Source: an uncultured Gammaproteobacteria bacterium
GTDB taxonomy: Bacteria > Pseudomonadota > Gammaproteobacteria > UBA9214
Reading direction: 5' to 3'
Length of the DNA stretch: 64,000 bases
Assembly: GCA_963748215.1 (NCBI GenBank)
Contig: CAVVHS010000001.1
Coordinates: 1-64,000 of the forward strand
The notes below the pieces were generated by a model. It saw only the letters and a program-made list of their open reading frames with translations. It was not told the origin of the DNA and ran no database searches. How positions within the stretch are numbered: the stretch's first letter is position 1; the number at the start of each line of letters is the position of its first letter. Position numbers and translations under genes: made by a program. Below are positions 11,272-24,200 of the stretch, in pieces.

Positions 11272-12531
11272 ATGTTTGACAAAAATATGCGCATTGCCGG
11301 TTATGACGACGAACTCTGGGCAGCCCTTCAGGGAGAGCGTCAACGCCAGGAAGACCACATCGAACTGATTGCCTCCGAGAACTATGCCAGTCCGCGCGTG
11401 CTGGAGGCGCAGGGTTCTGTGCTGACCAACAAGTACGCCGAGGGTTACCCGGGCAAACGCTACTACGGTGGCTGCGAGTTCGTGGACATTGCCGAGCAGC
11501 TTGCCATCGACCGCGCGAAAGCGCTGTTCAAGGCCGATTACGCCAACGTACAGCCGCACTCCGGTTCGCAGGCCAATGCCGCGGTGTACCTGGCGCTGTT
11601 GCAGCCGGGCGATACCATCCTCGGCATGAGTCTCGATGCCGGCGGCCACCTGACCCACGGCTCGAAGGTGAATTTTTCCGGCAAGCTGTTCAATGCCGTG
11701 CAGTACGGCCTCGATACGGAAACCGGCGCGATCGACTACGACCAGGTCGAGGCGCTGGCGAAACAGCACAAGCCGAAAATGGTGGTGGCGGGCTTTTCCG
11801 CCTATTCACTCACTGTCGACTGGCAGCGCTTCCGCGACATCGCCGACAGCGTTGGTGCCTGGCTGTTCGTGGACATGGCGCATGTCGCCGGTCTCGTCGC
11901 GGCCGGCATCTACCCGAGCCCCGTGAATATCGCCGACATCACTACCACCACGACCCACAAGACCCTGCGCGGGCCGCGTGGCGGCCTGATACTGGCGCGC
12001 GCCAACGAGGCAATCGAGAAAAAGCTCAACTCCCTGGTGTTCCCCGGCACGCAGGGCGGCCCGCTGATGCACGTCATCGCGGCCAAGGCCGTTGCATTCA
12101 AGGAGGCGATGGAGCCTGACTTCATTACGTACCAGCAACAGGTGCTGGACAACGCGCGTGCCATGGCGAGCGTGATGATGGAACGCGGCTACAAGGTGGT
12201 GTCCGGCGGCACCGACGATCACCTGTTCCTGGTCGACCTGATCGACAAGGGGCTGACCGGCAAGGCAGCGGACGCGGCGCTGGGCGCGGCCCACATCACC
12301 GTCAACAAGAACGCCGTGCCGAACGATCCGCAGTCGCCGTTCGTCACCAGCGGTATCCGCATCGGCACGCCGGCCATGACCACGCGCGGCATGGGCAAGG
12401 CCGAGGCGCGCGAGCTGGCCGGCTGGATGTGCGACGTGCTGGACGATATCGACAACCCGGCCGTGATCAAGCGCGTGCGCGGCAAGGTGCTCGCGCTGTG
12501 CAAGCGCTTCCCTGTCTACGAGATGAACTGA
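11272..12531 (+). CDS. glyA: Serine hydroxymethyltransferase
   Basis: [37 protein letters not shown]. Confidence 0.98.
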   Translation: MFDKNMRIAGYDDELWAALQGERQRQEDHIELIASENYASPRVLEAQGSVLTNKYAEGYPGKRYYGGCEFVDIAEQLAIDRAKALFKADYANVQPHSGSQANAAVYLALLQPGDTILGMSLDAGGHLTHGSKVNFSGKLFNAVQYGLDTETGAIDYDQVEALAKQHKPKMVVAGFSAYSLTVDWQRFRDIADSVGAWLFVDMAHVAGLVAAGIYPSPVNIADITTTTTHKTLRGPRGGLILARANEAIEKKLNSLVFPGTQGGPLMHVIAAKAVAFKEAMEPDFITYQQQVLDNARAMASVMMERGYKVVSGGTDDHLFLVDLIDKGLTGKAADAALGAAHITVNKNAVPNDPQSPFVTSGIRIGTPAMTTRGMGKAEARELAGWMCDVLDDIDNPAVIKRVRGKVLALCKRFPVYEMN

Positions 12532-12549
12532 CCGGAAGCAGGACGCGTT

Positions 12550-13050
12550 ATGTATTGCCCGTTTTGCGGTAAGCAGGAGACCAAGGTGATCGACTCGCGG
12601 CTGGCGGGCGAGGGCGCCCAGGTGCGGCGCCGGCGCGAATGTCTGGCCTGTGGCGAACGTTTCACCACCTTCGAGTTCGCCGAGCTGGTGATGCCGCGCA
12701 TTATCAAGGGCAACGGCGCGCGCGAGCCCTTCGATGAAAAGAAGATGGTCGGCGGCATGATGCGTGCGCTGGAAAAGCGCCCGGTCGATTCCGACAGCGT
12801 GGCCGCCGCGATCAGCCGCCTGCAGCACCGCATGCGCGCCAGCGGCGAGCGCGAGATCCCGTCGCGCATGCTGGGCGAGTGGGTGATGAACGAGCTGCGC
12901 CAGCTCGACCAGGTGGCCTATGTGCGCTTCGCCTCGGTGTATCGCAGCTTCGAGGATGTAAATGCCTTTCGCGAGGAGATCGAGCGCCTGGAAAGCGAGC
13001 CGACCGCGGAAGAGCGCAAGGACCAGATTTCACTGCTGCCGGAAGACTGA
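12550..13050 (+). CDS. nrdR: Transcriptional repressor NrdR
   Basis: MYCPFC Zn ribbon, RRRREC..C..RFTTFE, ATP cone, [10 protein letters not shown]. Confidence 0.97.
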   Translation: MYCPFCGKQETKVIDSRLAGEGAQVRRRRECLACGERFTTFEFAELVMPRIIKGNGAREPFDEKKMVGGMMRALEKRPVDSDSVAAAISRLQHRMRASGEREIPSRMLGEWVMNELRQLDQVAYVRFASVYRSFEDVNAFREEIERLESEPTAEERKDQISLLPED

Positions 13051-13104
13051 GGCGGTGGCCAGACGTCACCGTTCATCATTATAGCCACCTGCCCGACCTG
13101 AAAG

Positions 13105-14208
13105 ATGCCTGCTGCAACCGATCACCTGCACATGGCGCATGCCCTGCGGCTCGCACGGCGTGGCCTGTATGGCACCGACCCGAATCCGCGCGTCGGTTGC
13201 GTGCTGGTGCAGGACGGGCGCGTGGTGGGCGAGGGCTGGCACGAGCGGGCCGGCGGGCCGCATGCCGAAATCCACGCCCTGGCGCAGGCCGGCGACGCCG
13301 CGCGCGGCGCCACTGCCTACGTCACGCTGGAGCCCTGCTGCCATCACGGCCGTACGCCACCGTGCAGCGAGGCGCTGATCGAGGCCGGCGTGGCGCGCGT
13401 GGTCGCGGCCATGCAGGACCCGAATCCGCGGGTGGCGGGCATGGGCCTGGCGGCGCTGGCGCAGGCCGGTATCGAGGTGCAGGCCGGGGTCATGACCGCC
13501 GAGGCGGAACAACTCAACTGCGGCTTCGTCAAGCGCATGCACACGGGCCTGCCGTGGGTGCGGGTCAAGCTGGCCATGAGCCTGGACGGACGCACCGCCA
13601 TGGCCAGCGGCGAGAGCCGCTGGATCACCGGCGAGGGCGCGCGCGCCGACGTGCAGCGCCTGCGCGCGCGCAGCTCGGCGATCCTGACCGGAATCGGCAC
13701 GGTGCTGGCGGACGATCCGGCGCTGAATGTCAGGCTGGCAGACGTGCAGGGCGAGCCGCGCCAGCCGCTGCGCATCGTGCTCGACAGCCGCCTGCAAACA
13801 CCGCCCTCCGCCCGGTTGCTGGGATTGCCCGGGAATACGTATGTGCTGACCACGGAGAGCGATGCACGCCGTATTGCTACCCTGACCAGCGACACGGTCA
13901 CGGTTGCCGTGTTGCCCATGCGTAGTGACAAGCGGCTCAACCTGAATGCGGTCATGAGCTTCCTGGGAGAGCAGGACTGCAACGAGGTGCATGTCGAGGC
14001 CGGCCCGACCGTGTCCGGTGCGCTGCTGCAGGAGGGCCTGGTCGACGAGTTGGTGATCTACCTGGCGCCGCACCTGATGGGTGACGCCGCGCGCGGCCTG
14101 TGCACGCTGCCGGGACTGGAGCGTATGGACCAGCGTATCGGGCTGTCGATCAGCGATATCCGCGCCGTCGGTGATGACTGGCGGATTACGGCAACGGTGG
14201 CGCGATAG
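13105..14208 (+). CDS. ribD: Riboflavin biosynthesis deaminase/reductase
   Basis: PNPRVGC, HAE, TLEPCCHHGRTPPC, KLAMSLDGR, VEAGP. Confidence 0.97.
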   Translation: MPAATDHLHMAHALRLARRGLYGTDPNPRVGCVLVQDGRVVGEGWHERAGGPHAEIHALAQAGDAARGATAYVTLEPCCHHGRTPPCSEALIEAGVARVVAAMQDPNPRVAGMGLAALAQAGIEVQAGVMTAEAEQLNCGFVKRMHTGLPWVRVKLAMSLDGRTAMASGESRWITGEGARADVQRLRARSSAILTGIGTVLADDPALNVRLADVQGEPRQPLRIVLDSRLQTPPSARLLGLPGNTYVLTTESDARRIATLTSDTVTVAVLPMRSDKRLNLNAVMSFLGEQDCNEVHVEAGPTVSGALLQEGLVDELVIYLAPHLMGDAARGLCTLPGLERMDQRIGLSISDIRAVGDDWRITATVAR

Positions 14209-14215
14209 CTCAAAT

Positions 14216-14263
14216 GTAGGGTGCGTTTCACGCACCGGCAACGGTGCGCACAGCGCACCCTAC
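14216..14263. repeat. GTAG-type REP doublet (REPIN-like)
   Basis: GTAGGGTGCGTTTCACGCACC followed by an inverted copy ending GGTGCGCACAGCGCACCCTAC, between ribD and ribE. Confidence 0.85.
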
Positions 14264-14292
14264 AAATCTGTGCAAGGATTTAAATTCAGATC

Positions 14293-14964
14293 ATGTTTAC
14301 AGGCATCATACAGGCGGTAGGAAAAGTGGCGGCGCTGGAGCAGCGCGGCGGTGACCTGCGCATCGCGATCGACACCGGCAAGCTGCCGCTGGCCGACGTC
14401 GGGCTCGGCGACAGCATCGCGGTCAGCGGCGTGTGCCTGACCGTGGTGCAGAAGGGCGCGCAGATGTTTCATGCCGACGTCTCCGGCGAGACCCTCGGGC
14501 TCACCACGCTCGGGCAGCTGGCGGTCAACGATGCCGTCAACCTGGAAAAGGCCCTGACGCTGGCGACGCGCCTGGGCGGGCACCTGGTCAGCGGCCATGT
14601 CGACGGCATCGGCAGTGTCACGGCACGGCGGGAGGACAGCCGTTCGGTACGCTTCAGCATTCAGGCGCCGGACGCGCTGGCGCGCTATATCGCCGTGAAG
14701 GGTTCGATCTGTATCGATGGCGTGAGCCTGACGGTGAATGCGGTCGATGGCGCCAGCTTCGAGCTGAATATCGTCCCGCATACCCTGGCCGAGACGACGC
14801 TGCGCGATTTCCACACCGGCCGCCGGGTCAATCTCGAGGTCGACCTGATCGCCCGCTACCTGGAGCGCCTGTTGCAGGGCGATACCGCGGCCAGGCCGGG
14901 TCCGGGCGAGGGGCTGACCCGCGCCCTGCTCGAGGCGCACGGTTTCGCCGGCAAGCACGACTAG
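14293..14964 (+). CDS. ribE: Riboflavin synthase
   Basis: MFTGII N-terminus, GDSIAVSGVCLTV, GGHLVSGHVDG. Confidence 0.97.
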   Translation: MFTGIIQAVGKVAALEQRGGDLRIAIDTGKLPLADVGLGDSIAVSGVCLTVVQKGAQMFHADVSGETLGLTTLGQLAVNDAVNLEKALTLATRLGGHLVSGHVDGIGSVTARREDSRSVRFSIQAPDALARYIAVKGSICIDGVSLTVNAVDGASFELNIVPHTLAETTLRDFHTGRRVNLEVDLIARYLERLLQGDTAARPGPGEGLTRALLEAHGFAGKHD

Positions 14965-15054
14965 TCCCGTCTGCGCACGAAGCGTGCTGCACGCACGTGT
15001 TTCATGGATAATGGCGTTATGTCACTAAACACCGAAAAACAGCAAGCTGCAAAC

Positions 15055-16158
<1,104 letters not shown>

Positions 16159-16189
16159 GCGGATTCGGTATATCAACAGGGACAATGAC

Positions 16190-16666
<477 letters not shown>

Positions 16667-16680
16667 GGCCGTTGCAGCCC

Positions 16681-17127
16681 GTGACCGTATCGCCCCATGC
16701 CCGTGCCCGCGCGCGCCGCTACGCCATGCAGGCGCTCTATCAATGGGACCTGTCAGGCACCGCCCTGCACGACATCCGCAACCAGTTCCTGGAGTCCGAG
16801 GATTTCTCGAAAACCGACAGGGACTATTTCATAGAGCTGTTCAATAATGTCACCAAGAACATTGAAAGTATTGACAATAATATAACGAAATTTATCGACC
16901 GTCCGCTGCCGCGGCTGGACCCGGTCGAGCGCGCCATCCTGCGCATCGCCCTCTACGAGCTGGCCCACCGACTGGAGATCCCCTACCGGGTGGTGATCAA
17001 CGAGGCCGTGCAGCTGACCAAAAAGTTCGGCGCCGAGCAGGGCCACGCCTTCGTCAACGGTGTGCTGGACAAGGCTTCGCATGCGCTCAGGACCGTCGAA
17101 TACGACCGGCACGCGCACCGGGTCTAG
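16681..17127 (+). CDS. nusB: Transcription antitermination factor NusB
   Basis: ARARARRYAMQALYQW, VVINEAV, FVNGVLD; GTG start. Confidence 0.95.
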   Translation: MTVSPHARARARRYAMQALYQWDLSGTALHDIRNQFLESEDFSKTDRDYFIELFNNVTKNIESIDNNITKFIDRPLPRLDPVERAILRIALYELAHRLEIPYRVVINEAVQLTKKFGAEQGHAFVNGVLDKASHALRTVEYDRHAHRV

Positions 17128-17255
17128 CCCGCAGTTCTGGCCGGGCGACGGAACGTGACCCCGGTGATTCAAGAGGTGGAAGAGAGATGGAAGACCTGCA
17201 CCCATCAGTGTCTCATCGGGCGATGCCTGTCACGGTGAGGGACGAGGACTAGCGC

Positions 17256-18227
17256 ATGGCCGGCGACGAGTTCGATATCATCAATCAGCATTTCACGCGT
17301 CAGCCGGTGGCGCGCGAGGACGTGCTGCTGGGGGTGGGCGATGATGCCGCGCTGCTGCTGGTGCCCGCCGGGGCCGAGCTGGTCGTGTGCATGGACACGC
17401 TGGTCGCCGGTGTCCATTTCAGCGCTGACACGCCGCCGGCCGCCATCGGCCACAAGGCGCTGGCCGTGAACCTGAGCGACCTCGCCGCGATGGGTGCCGA
17501 GCCGGCCTGGGCGACGCTGGCGCTGACGCTGCCGGAATACCATCCCGTCTGGCTCGCCGATTTCGCACGTGGCTTCTTCGCGCTTGCGGATCACTACCAC
17601 GTGCAGCTGGTCGGCGGTGATACCACGCATGGCCCGCTGACAGTGACCGTGCAGACCCACGGCTTCATCCGCAACGGCAAGGCGCTGCGCCGGACCGGCG
17701 CGCAACCCGGCGACCGGATCTACGTCACCGGGACACTGGGCGATGCCGGTCTGGCCCTGCAACTGCGCGGCGCCGCGAACGAGGGCCTGCGCAAGCGCCT
17801 CGATTATCCGCAGCCGCGCATCGAGGCCGGCCTGGCGCTGCGCAAGCATGCCAGTGCCGTGATCGATATATCCGACGGCCTGCTGGCAGACCTGGGGCAC
17901 CTGCTGGAGCGCGATGACCTGGGGGCGCGCATCGACATCGATACCTTGCCGCATTCACAGGCCTTTCTCGAGGCCATCGAACAACCGGGCCCGGGCGCGC
18001 GCCCGTCCTATTACGAGCTGCCGCTCAGTGCCGGCGACGATTACGAGCTGTGTTTTACCGTGCCCCCGCCGCAGTGCGCGGAGGTGGAGCAGCGACTGGG
18101 CGGGCTGGCCTGCGGCTGCACGGCCATCGGCGTCATCGAGCAGGAGCCCGGCATCCGCTGCCACTACCGGGACGGCAGCGACTACCAGCCGGTCAGTCGC
18201 GGTTATCTGCACTTTCTCGATGACTGA
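17256..18227 (+). CDS. thiL: Thiamine-monophosphate kinase
   Basis: EFDII, GVGDDAA, NLSDLAAMG, GGDT, DISDGL, GDDYEL. Confidence 0.97.
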   Translation: MAGDEFDIINQHFTRQPVAREDVLLGVGDDAALLLVPAGAELVVCMDTLVAGVHFSADTPPAAIGHKALAVNLSDLAAMGAEPAWATLALTLPEYHPVWLADFARGFFALADHYHVQLVGGDTTHGPLTVTVQTHGFIRNGKALRRTGAQPGDRIYVTGTLGDAGLALQLRGAANEGLRKRLDYPQPRIEAGLALRKHASAVIDISDGLLADLGHLLERDDLGARIDIDTLPHSQAFLEAIEQPGPGARPSYYELPLSAGDDYELCFTVPPPQCAEVEQRLGGLACGCTAIGVIEQEPGIRCHYRDGSDYQPVSRGYLHFLDD

Positions 18228-18714
18228 GCCGATTTCGCCGCGCCTGCTGTTGCACCCGGTGGACCTGCTGGCGCTGGGTTTCGGCAGCGGCCTGGTGCCG
18301 AAGGCGCCGGGTACCGCCGGCACGCTGGTGGCGATACCGGTGTACCTGCTGGTGCAGACACTGGCCTGGCCGGCCTACCTGGCGCTTACGGCAACGCTGT
18401 TCCTGGCCGGCATCGCGATCTGCGCACATACCGCCACACGCCTGGGTGTGCACGACCACCCCGGCATCGTCTGGGACGAGATCGTCGGCTACCTGGTGAC
18501 CATGACGCTGGCCCCGGCCGGCTGGCTGTGGATCGCCATCGGCTTCGTGCTGTTCCGTTTCTTCGATGTACTCAAGCCCTGGCCGATCCGCTGGTTCGAC
18601 CGGTACGTGCATGGTGGCTTCGGCATCATGCTGGACGACCTGATCGCCGGCCTGTTCGCGGCGGGCGTGCTGCAGTTGCTGGCGGTGTATCTACCGTCTG
18701 TGATGAATGAATGA
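18220..18714 (+). CDS. pgpA: Phosphatidylglycerophosphatase A
   Basis: GFGSGLVPKAPGTAG, HDHPGIVWDE, FRFFDVLKPWPI, GIMLDD. Confidence 0.96.
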   Translation: MTEPISPRLLLHPVDLLALGFGSGLVPKAPGTAGTLVAIPVYLLVQTLAWPAYLALTATLFLAGIAICAHTATRLGVHDHPGIVWDEIVGYLVTMTLAPAGWLWIAIGFVLFRFFDVLKPWPIRWFDRYVHGGFGIMLDDLIAGLFAAGVLQLLAVYLPSVMNE

Positions 18715-18756
18715 ATGATACTCGCGCGCAGATGCAGATCTCGCAAAGTAACTATT

Positions 18757-18785
18757 GCCACGGAGAGCGCAGAGAGCACAGGGAA
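18757..18785. repeat. Degenerate single-arm relative of the CCACGGA repeat family
   Basis: GCCACGGAGAGCGCAGAGAGCACAGGGAA, roughly 9-nt period. Confidence 0.4.
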
Positions 18786-19135
18786 ACAGGTATTCCCTGG
18801 AGTGCAGATACCACGTGCGAGAGCGGGCCGCGTCCGCGATTATTTTCTCGATAAAGAACGCGCGATGCACACGGAGAAGGTGAGACCGTTTTTACGGGCA
18901 TAGCCCGGGTCGAGAGGCTGGCCTGGGCCATGTGCAGGTGCCGCGAGAGGGCAGGAAGCCTGTAGCGGCCTTGCGAAGCGCTCCTGCGTCAACGAGATGC
19001 GTCCGCAATGGGCCGCGTCCGCAATTTTTTCCAATGTTGTTTTGCAGAGTCCGGAATGGTGCTATTTTTAACCCAGAACCATATCTTATATCACAGGCAT
19101 ACGCTGCGTGTGCCTGATTTCAGGAGGGCATAGCC

Positions 19136-19621
19136 ATGTCAGATCAGGAAACGTCCATACAAAACAACCAGCAAGAAAAAGCCGGGCTGACCCGCAGGGA
19201 GCTGCTGCTGGGGCTGGGCGCGGCAGCCACGGTGGCGTATGCAGGAAACGCTGCAGCTGCCATGCCGGGGCATGACCACAGCAAGCACAGTGCGCAGCAG
19301 CCCGAGTTGCTGGCGGCTGCCAACGACTGTCTCGACAAGGGGCAGCGCTGCATCGCCCACTGCCTGGTCTCGTTCCAGGAGGGCGATACATCGCTGGCCG
19401 ACTGTGCCGCGAAGGTGCACGAAATGCAGGCCATTTGCGGCGCCTTTTCCTACCTGCTGGCGGCGAACTCAGGCTACCTGAAGGCCTATGCCGGGGTCTG
19501 CGAACAGGTGTGCCTGGACTGCGAAAAGGAATGCAGGAAGCACGAGAAACATATCGAGTGCACGGCATGTGCAGACGCCTGCGCCGAGCTGGTGGACCAG
19601 ATCAAGCTCCGGCTGACCTAG
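19136..19621 (+). CDS. Tat-exported four-helix-bundle copper storage protein (Csp1/2-like)
   Basis: TRRELL Tat signal; many CxxxC/CxxC motifs (CLDKGQRCIAHC, CEQVCLDCEKEC, CTACADAC). Confidence 0.88.
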   Translation: MSDQETSIQNNQQEKAGLTRRELLLGLGAAATVAYAGNAAAAMPGHDHSKHSAQQPELLAAANDCLDKGQRCIAHCLVSFQEGDTSLADCAAKVHEMQAICGAFSYLLAANSGYLKAYAGVCEQVCLDCEKECRKHEKHIECTACADACAELVDQIKLRLT

Positions 19622-19633
19622 ACTTCGATTGGT

Positions 19634-19662
19634 ACAACTGGGGGACATGCCCCCCCAGTTGT
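19634..19662. terminator. Hairpin between the Csp gene and ppk2
   Basis: ACAACTGGGGG...CCCCCAGTTGT inverted repeat. Confidence 0.55.
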
Positions 19663-19692
19663 CTAGTCAGAACAAACAAAGGGTGTTAAGCG

Positions 19693-20574
19693 ATGAGCGT
19701 CGCCCCGCAAGTCCATATTGACAGTCCCTGGCTGGTACCATTCGATGCCAGCTTCGCGGTGTCGCGCGCGCTCACCGGGACGGCGGATGCACCGGACAAG
19801 AAGGCCTGCAAGAAACGGCTGGACCGACTGATCGACGAAATGGGAGAGTTGCAGCGGCGCCTGTATGCCGCGGACCGTCACTCCGTACTGCTGGTATTCC
19901 AGGCCATGGATGCCGCCGGCAAGGACAGTACCATTCGCGCTGCGCTCAGCGGTGTCGACCCGGCAGGTTTCCAGGTGTTCTCGTTCAAGCAACCCTCGGC
20001 GGAAGAACTGGATCACGATTTTCTCTGGCGTTCGGCGCAGCGCCTGCCGCAGCGCGGACGCATCGGCGTATTCAATCGCAGCTATTACGAGGAAGTGCTG
20101 GTAGTGCGGGTGCATCCCGAGTACCTGCAGGGCCAGAAACTGCCGGGCACGATCGATCATGACCGGCTCTGGGACGAGCGCTACGAGTCGATCCGTGATC
20201 ACGAGAAGCACCTGGCCAGGAACGGTACCGTGATCATCAAGTTCTGGCTCAACGTTTCGCGTGACGAGCAGCGCAGGCGTTTTCTGTCGCGGCTGGACGA
20301 GCCTGAAAAAAACTGGAAGTTTTCCAGTGGCGATGTCGCCGAGCGCAAGCACTGGGACCGCTATATGCAGGCCTACGAGTCGGCGCTCAACGCCACCTCG
20401 CGGCCCTGGGCGCCGTGGTACGCAATCCCGGCCGATAACAAGCCGTTCCTGCGCCTGTGTGTCGCCGAGATCATCGTGGAGACCATGAAGCAACTGGATT
20501 TGCGTTACCCGGTGGTCACTGACGAGCAGAAGCAGGACTTCGCCGGCATGCGCGAGTTGCTGGAGCGGGGTTGA
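19693..20574 (+). CDS. ppk2: Polyphosphate kinase 2 family protein (class III-like)
   Basis: FQAMDAAGKDS Walker A, FKQPS..E..HDFLWR, FNRSYYEEV, WKFS..D. Confidence 0.93.
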   Translation: MSVAPQVHIDSPWLVPFDASFAVSRALTGTADAPDKKACKKRLDRLIDEMGELQRRLYAADRHSVLLVFQAMDAAGKDSTIRAALSGVDPAGFQVFSFKQPSAEELDHDFLWRSAQRLPQRGRIGVFNRSYYEEVLVVRVHPEYLQGQKLPGTIDHDRLWDERYESIRDHEKHLARNGTVIIKFWLNVSRDEQRRRFLSRLDEPEKNWKFSSGDVAERKHWDRYMQAYESALNATSRPWAPWYAIPADNKPFLRLCVAEIIVETMKQLDLRYPVVTDEQKQDFAGMRELLERG

Positions 20575-21278
20575 GGCGTGCCGGTCAATGACTCGGCTTG
20601 TATGCCACAGTTACGGCTTGGTCCGAGGCGGTGACAGGGCTCAAACCGTTGCTTTCCGGCGGGCCAGCTGACCGGTAATCCACGCTGGAATGGATATCAA
20701 CCTCCGGTGGCAGCGTCGCGTTCACGGACGCTCTCCTGTACGGCCATGTGTCCAGCCCCCGGCAAACGACACGATTGTGCTCGCACATGATACGGGTCAA
20801 TGTTGCCTGATTCGTATCATGATTTGATGATTCCCACATGAGTATTTGTGTTTATTGGTTGAAAAAACCGATCGATACAGTCCTGTCAGTGTGCGCGCAG
20901 AGTCCTGCTCTGCCTGTTGTGATCGTCATTTACGCCTGACTTGCGTGTCATCGCGTTAAGGGCTGAATGGCAACCCAGCCACCCTGCGGATCGATGCCCC
21001 GGACCCGCAATTTCCGCGCACGACAGCACTAGTTGATTACAGCGGCGCATCCGTCCGACCCGGTATGCGTCAGTCGGACATTCTCCTTAAGCCGGTCGGG
21101 CATTGCGTGTAATATAGCCACGGTATCCCCGGATCGCATGTCATGCGGATGCCGGGGCAGGGTGCGAACTGATGTGCCGGATGGACCGTCGCGTCGATCC
21201 CGGCTGCATGGGTGCCTCCGACCTTCCCTGACCTGCCTGCGATGAGCCGTGATACGATCACGACTGACCTGGACTGAA

Positions 21279-24200
21279 ATGGACGACACGGTACACAACG
21301 ACGCACAGGCACCCCCCGTCTGGAACCAGCAGCACGGAACTGCCGATCTGTTCATCGATGCGGGGGTCAGACACCTCAGGCTGCGTGCCTGTGGCGGTGA
21401 CGGTTCGGTGTTGTTCGATGACGTGCTCCCCGGCAACAGGGATCTGCGTGAACTCTTTGCTGCCTACCGGATCGGCGAGCGCTTCGGTGACGGCGCGAAT
21501 GCGCGTGTCTATATTACCGGCAAGCTGGCCGGGACGGTGCACGATACCCTGGGCTATGGCAAGGTTATACTCCCGGCGGCCCTGTTCTGGATGGCGGCGC
21601 GGGATCTTCTCGCGCTACCCGAAAACAGTGGCGTCACCACGCTGGCGATGCTTGACCTGTCGGCCTCGGGGTACCTGCTCGTCGGTATTGATCGCAGCGG
21701 GGCGCTCAAGGATGACCTGCTACTGCTCAACCCCCGCTGCGGTGCCGGATCCGGTATCAACCTCGATCGTGTTTTGCAGAAACTGGCGTTGCGCCGTGAA
21801 GAGGTCGACCCGCTGCTCTCTGCCTACCTGGGCGAGGCCGGACGGGAACGGCGCGAGGGTGTGAGTGTACGAGCCGACCGCTGCGGGGTGTTTGCCTCTT
21901 CGGCCACCATTTCAGACAAGAATCAGGGTATCCCCCTGGATATCGCCCTGGCCACGACCCTGAAATCGGAAGTGCTGAAAGCCTGCAGGAAATTACCCGG
22001 GGGTTACGAGAAGGTCTGTCTGACCGGACGCATCTTTCGCTGGCAGTACGCCAGGGATTGCGCCGAAGACTGGCTGCGCGCCAACAGCGTGCAGGCGATC
22101 GCTTTCGATACAGAGAATACGCAGGTACTGGAATCGCTGCGCACCATGGTGCAGCGCATCGGCGCCGACAGTCTTGCCCAGCCCGACCGGCGCCTGATCG
22201 CCCACGGCGAGCCGGAGGAGTATCCATCCTTTACAGAGCTGAAATCGCGCTACGAGGCAAATGGTCGTTATCTGCGCATGGCGGATGAGCCGCTCCCGCC
22301 GTACACACCACAGCGGCTGTCAGAGCATCCGGTCATCCTCGGTCTGGACGTGGGTTCCACCATGGCCAAGGCCGTGCTGGCCGACGCCGTGAGTGGCGAG
22401 AGCCTGTTCATGACGGCCTACAGCAATGCCGGCGACACCATCGAGACCGTGAAGCAGCTCTTCAGGGATCTGCGTGCCAGCGGCGTGGAACAGCTCCAGA
22501 TACGCAGCATCGGCATCACCGGTTCAGCGCGCTACCAGGTACAGCAGGCACTGGCACGCATCTATCCGGTGCTGGGCGAGCGGATCTCGGTGCTGGTGGA
22601 GAACTACGCCCATGCACGGGGTTCCATCGAGCATGCCCGGCGTCACGTCCGCCGGCTCAAGGAACAGGGCTGCACCGACATCAATGAACAGTTCTGTATC
22701 CTGATCGACATCGGCGGTGAGGACACCAAGATCTCGACCATCGCCCTGGAACAGGCCGAGCTGTTCGATAATGCCATGAACCTGAAATGTTCCGCGGGCA
22801 CCGGCAGTCTGATGGACACGCTCAGCTCCATGTTCGAAAGTGGCAGTATCGCCGAGGCCTGTGAGCAGGCGTATCTGGCCCCCCGTTCCTTTGCCATCAA
22901 TGCCACCTGCGCCGTGTTCCTGATGGAGAATGCCAGCAAGCTCCAGGCCCAGGGAGTGCCCAGGGACCAGATACTGGCCTCGGCGAACTGGGCCATCGTG
23001 GAGAACATGGCGCGGTCCCTGTGGACCCAGCTGGAGTTGCCCGGCAACGCGGTGGTCCTGCTGCATGGACAGACCATGCTCTCGGAACCGCTGCCGCTGG
23101 CCGTAACCCACCGTCTGCAAACCTACCTGGGCCAGCCGGCGTATGCCCTGGTACCACCCAATCCGGGGCATCGCGCCTGTATCGGTCTGATTCGCACCCT
23201 GCAGCAGGCCTCGCTGCCGGGGTTTGCCTATGTTCGCCTGGATGATTTCATCGACACCCGGTTTCAGAAGCATGTCATCGTCTGCAAGGGGGCCGCCTGC
23301 GGCGATCCTGCGGCACGCTGCAACCGCTGCTCGCTCAAATGTCATGGGACAGATGGTGAGAAGATCTCCTTTACCCTGGGAGGATGCACCGCGATCAATG
23401 AACTGCTGGGCAGAAAGGAAAAACACCAGACGCCGATCAAACCGCCGCGTGACGCCTACAAGGAGATCTGGGATTTCATCGACAGCCAGCATCCCAGGAG
23501 CGAGGATCCGCGCCGGCTGGTCATCCCGCGCAGTTTCGTTGTCTCGGAGTGGGCCTTTTTTCTGGCGCGGATTTTCGTGCAGCTGGGGATTCCGGTCCAT
23601 GTCGACACGGTGCGCGAAAAGGATCTGACCGATGCCCAACCCAACCTGAATATCGACACCTGCGCGCCGCAGATCGGTGCCGTGGGCCAGTATCAGCGCC
23701 TGGCTTGCGAGGCGCACGGCATGATCCTCGTCCCGCAGATCGAGACCCTGCCGACCGGCGGGAAGAGTCGCGGTCTTGCCTGCACCACCAACCAGGGTGG
23801 CGTAGCGGTTGCCATGAATCTCGCGGGAATGGCCTGCCGCGCAGCGCGGTTCCACATCTTCCATCTCAATCTCGACCAGCTCGACGCCGGCTATATCAGT
23901 GCCCAGTTGCATGGCCGTCTCGACGTGCTGTTCCGTTTCTACGGCATCACACCCACGGCTGACGCGTTGTACACGGTCGTGGAACAGGCCCTCGAGGACC
24001 ATCAGCAGCTGCGCCGGGACGCCGCCGACCTCGCCGCCGCTCTGGCCGAGGAGGCCCTTGCAGAAGGCCGCCAGGTGGCGCTGGTGGTCGGGCGTGAGTA
24101 CATTCTCAATCCCGGCATCTATGACAGCCATATCCGGCGCCTGCTGCGCGACAAGCATATGACTGTCATACCGTCTTATGTGCTGGACATGGATCTGGAC

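Noticed and set aside
12532-15054. FMN riboswitch ahead of rib genes
   Set aside because: Intergenic spaces are short and lack RFN conserved segments.
20585-20839. 84-aa minus-strand ORF
   Set aside because: No RBS, no recognisable motif; not supportable as a gene.
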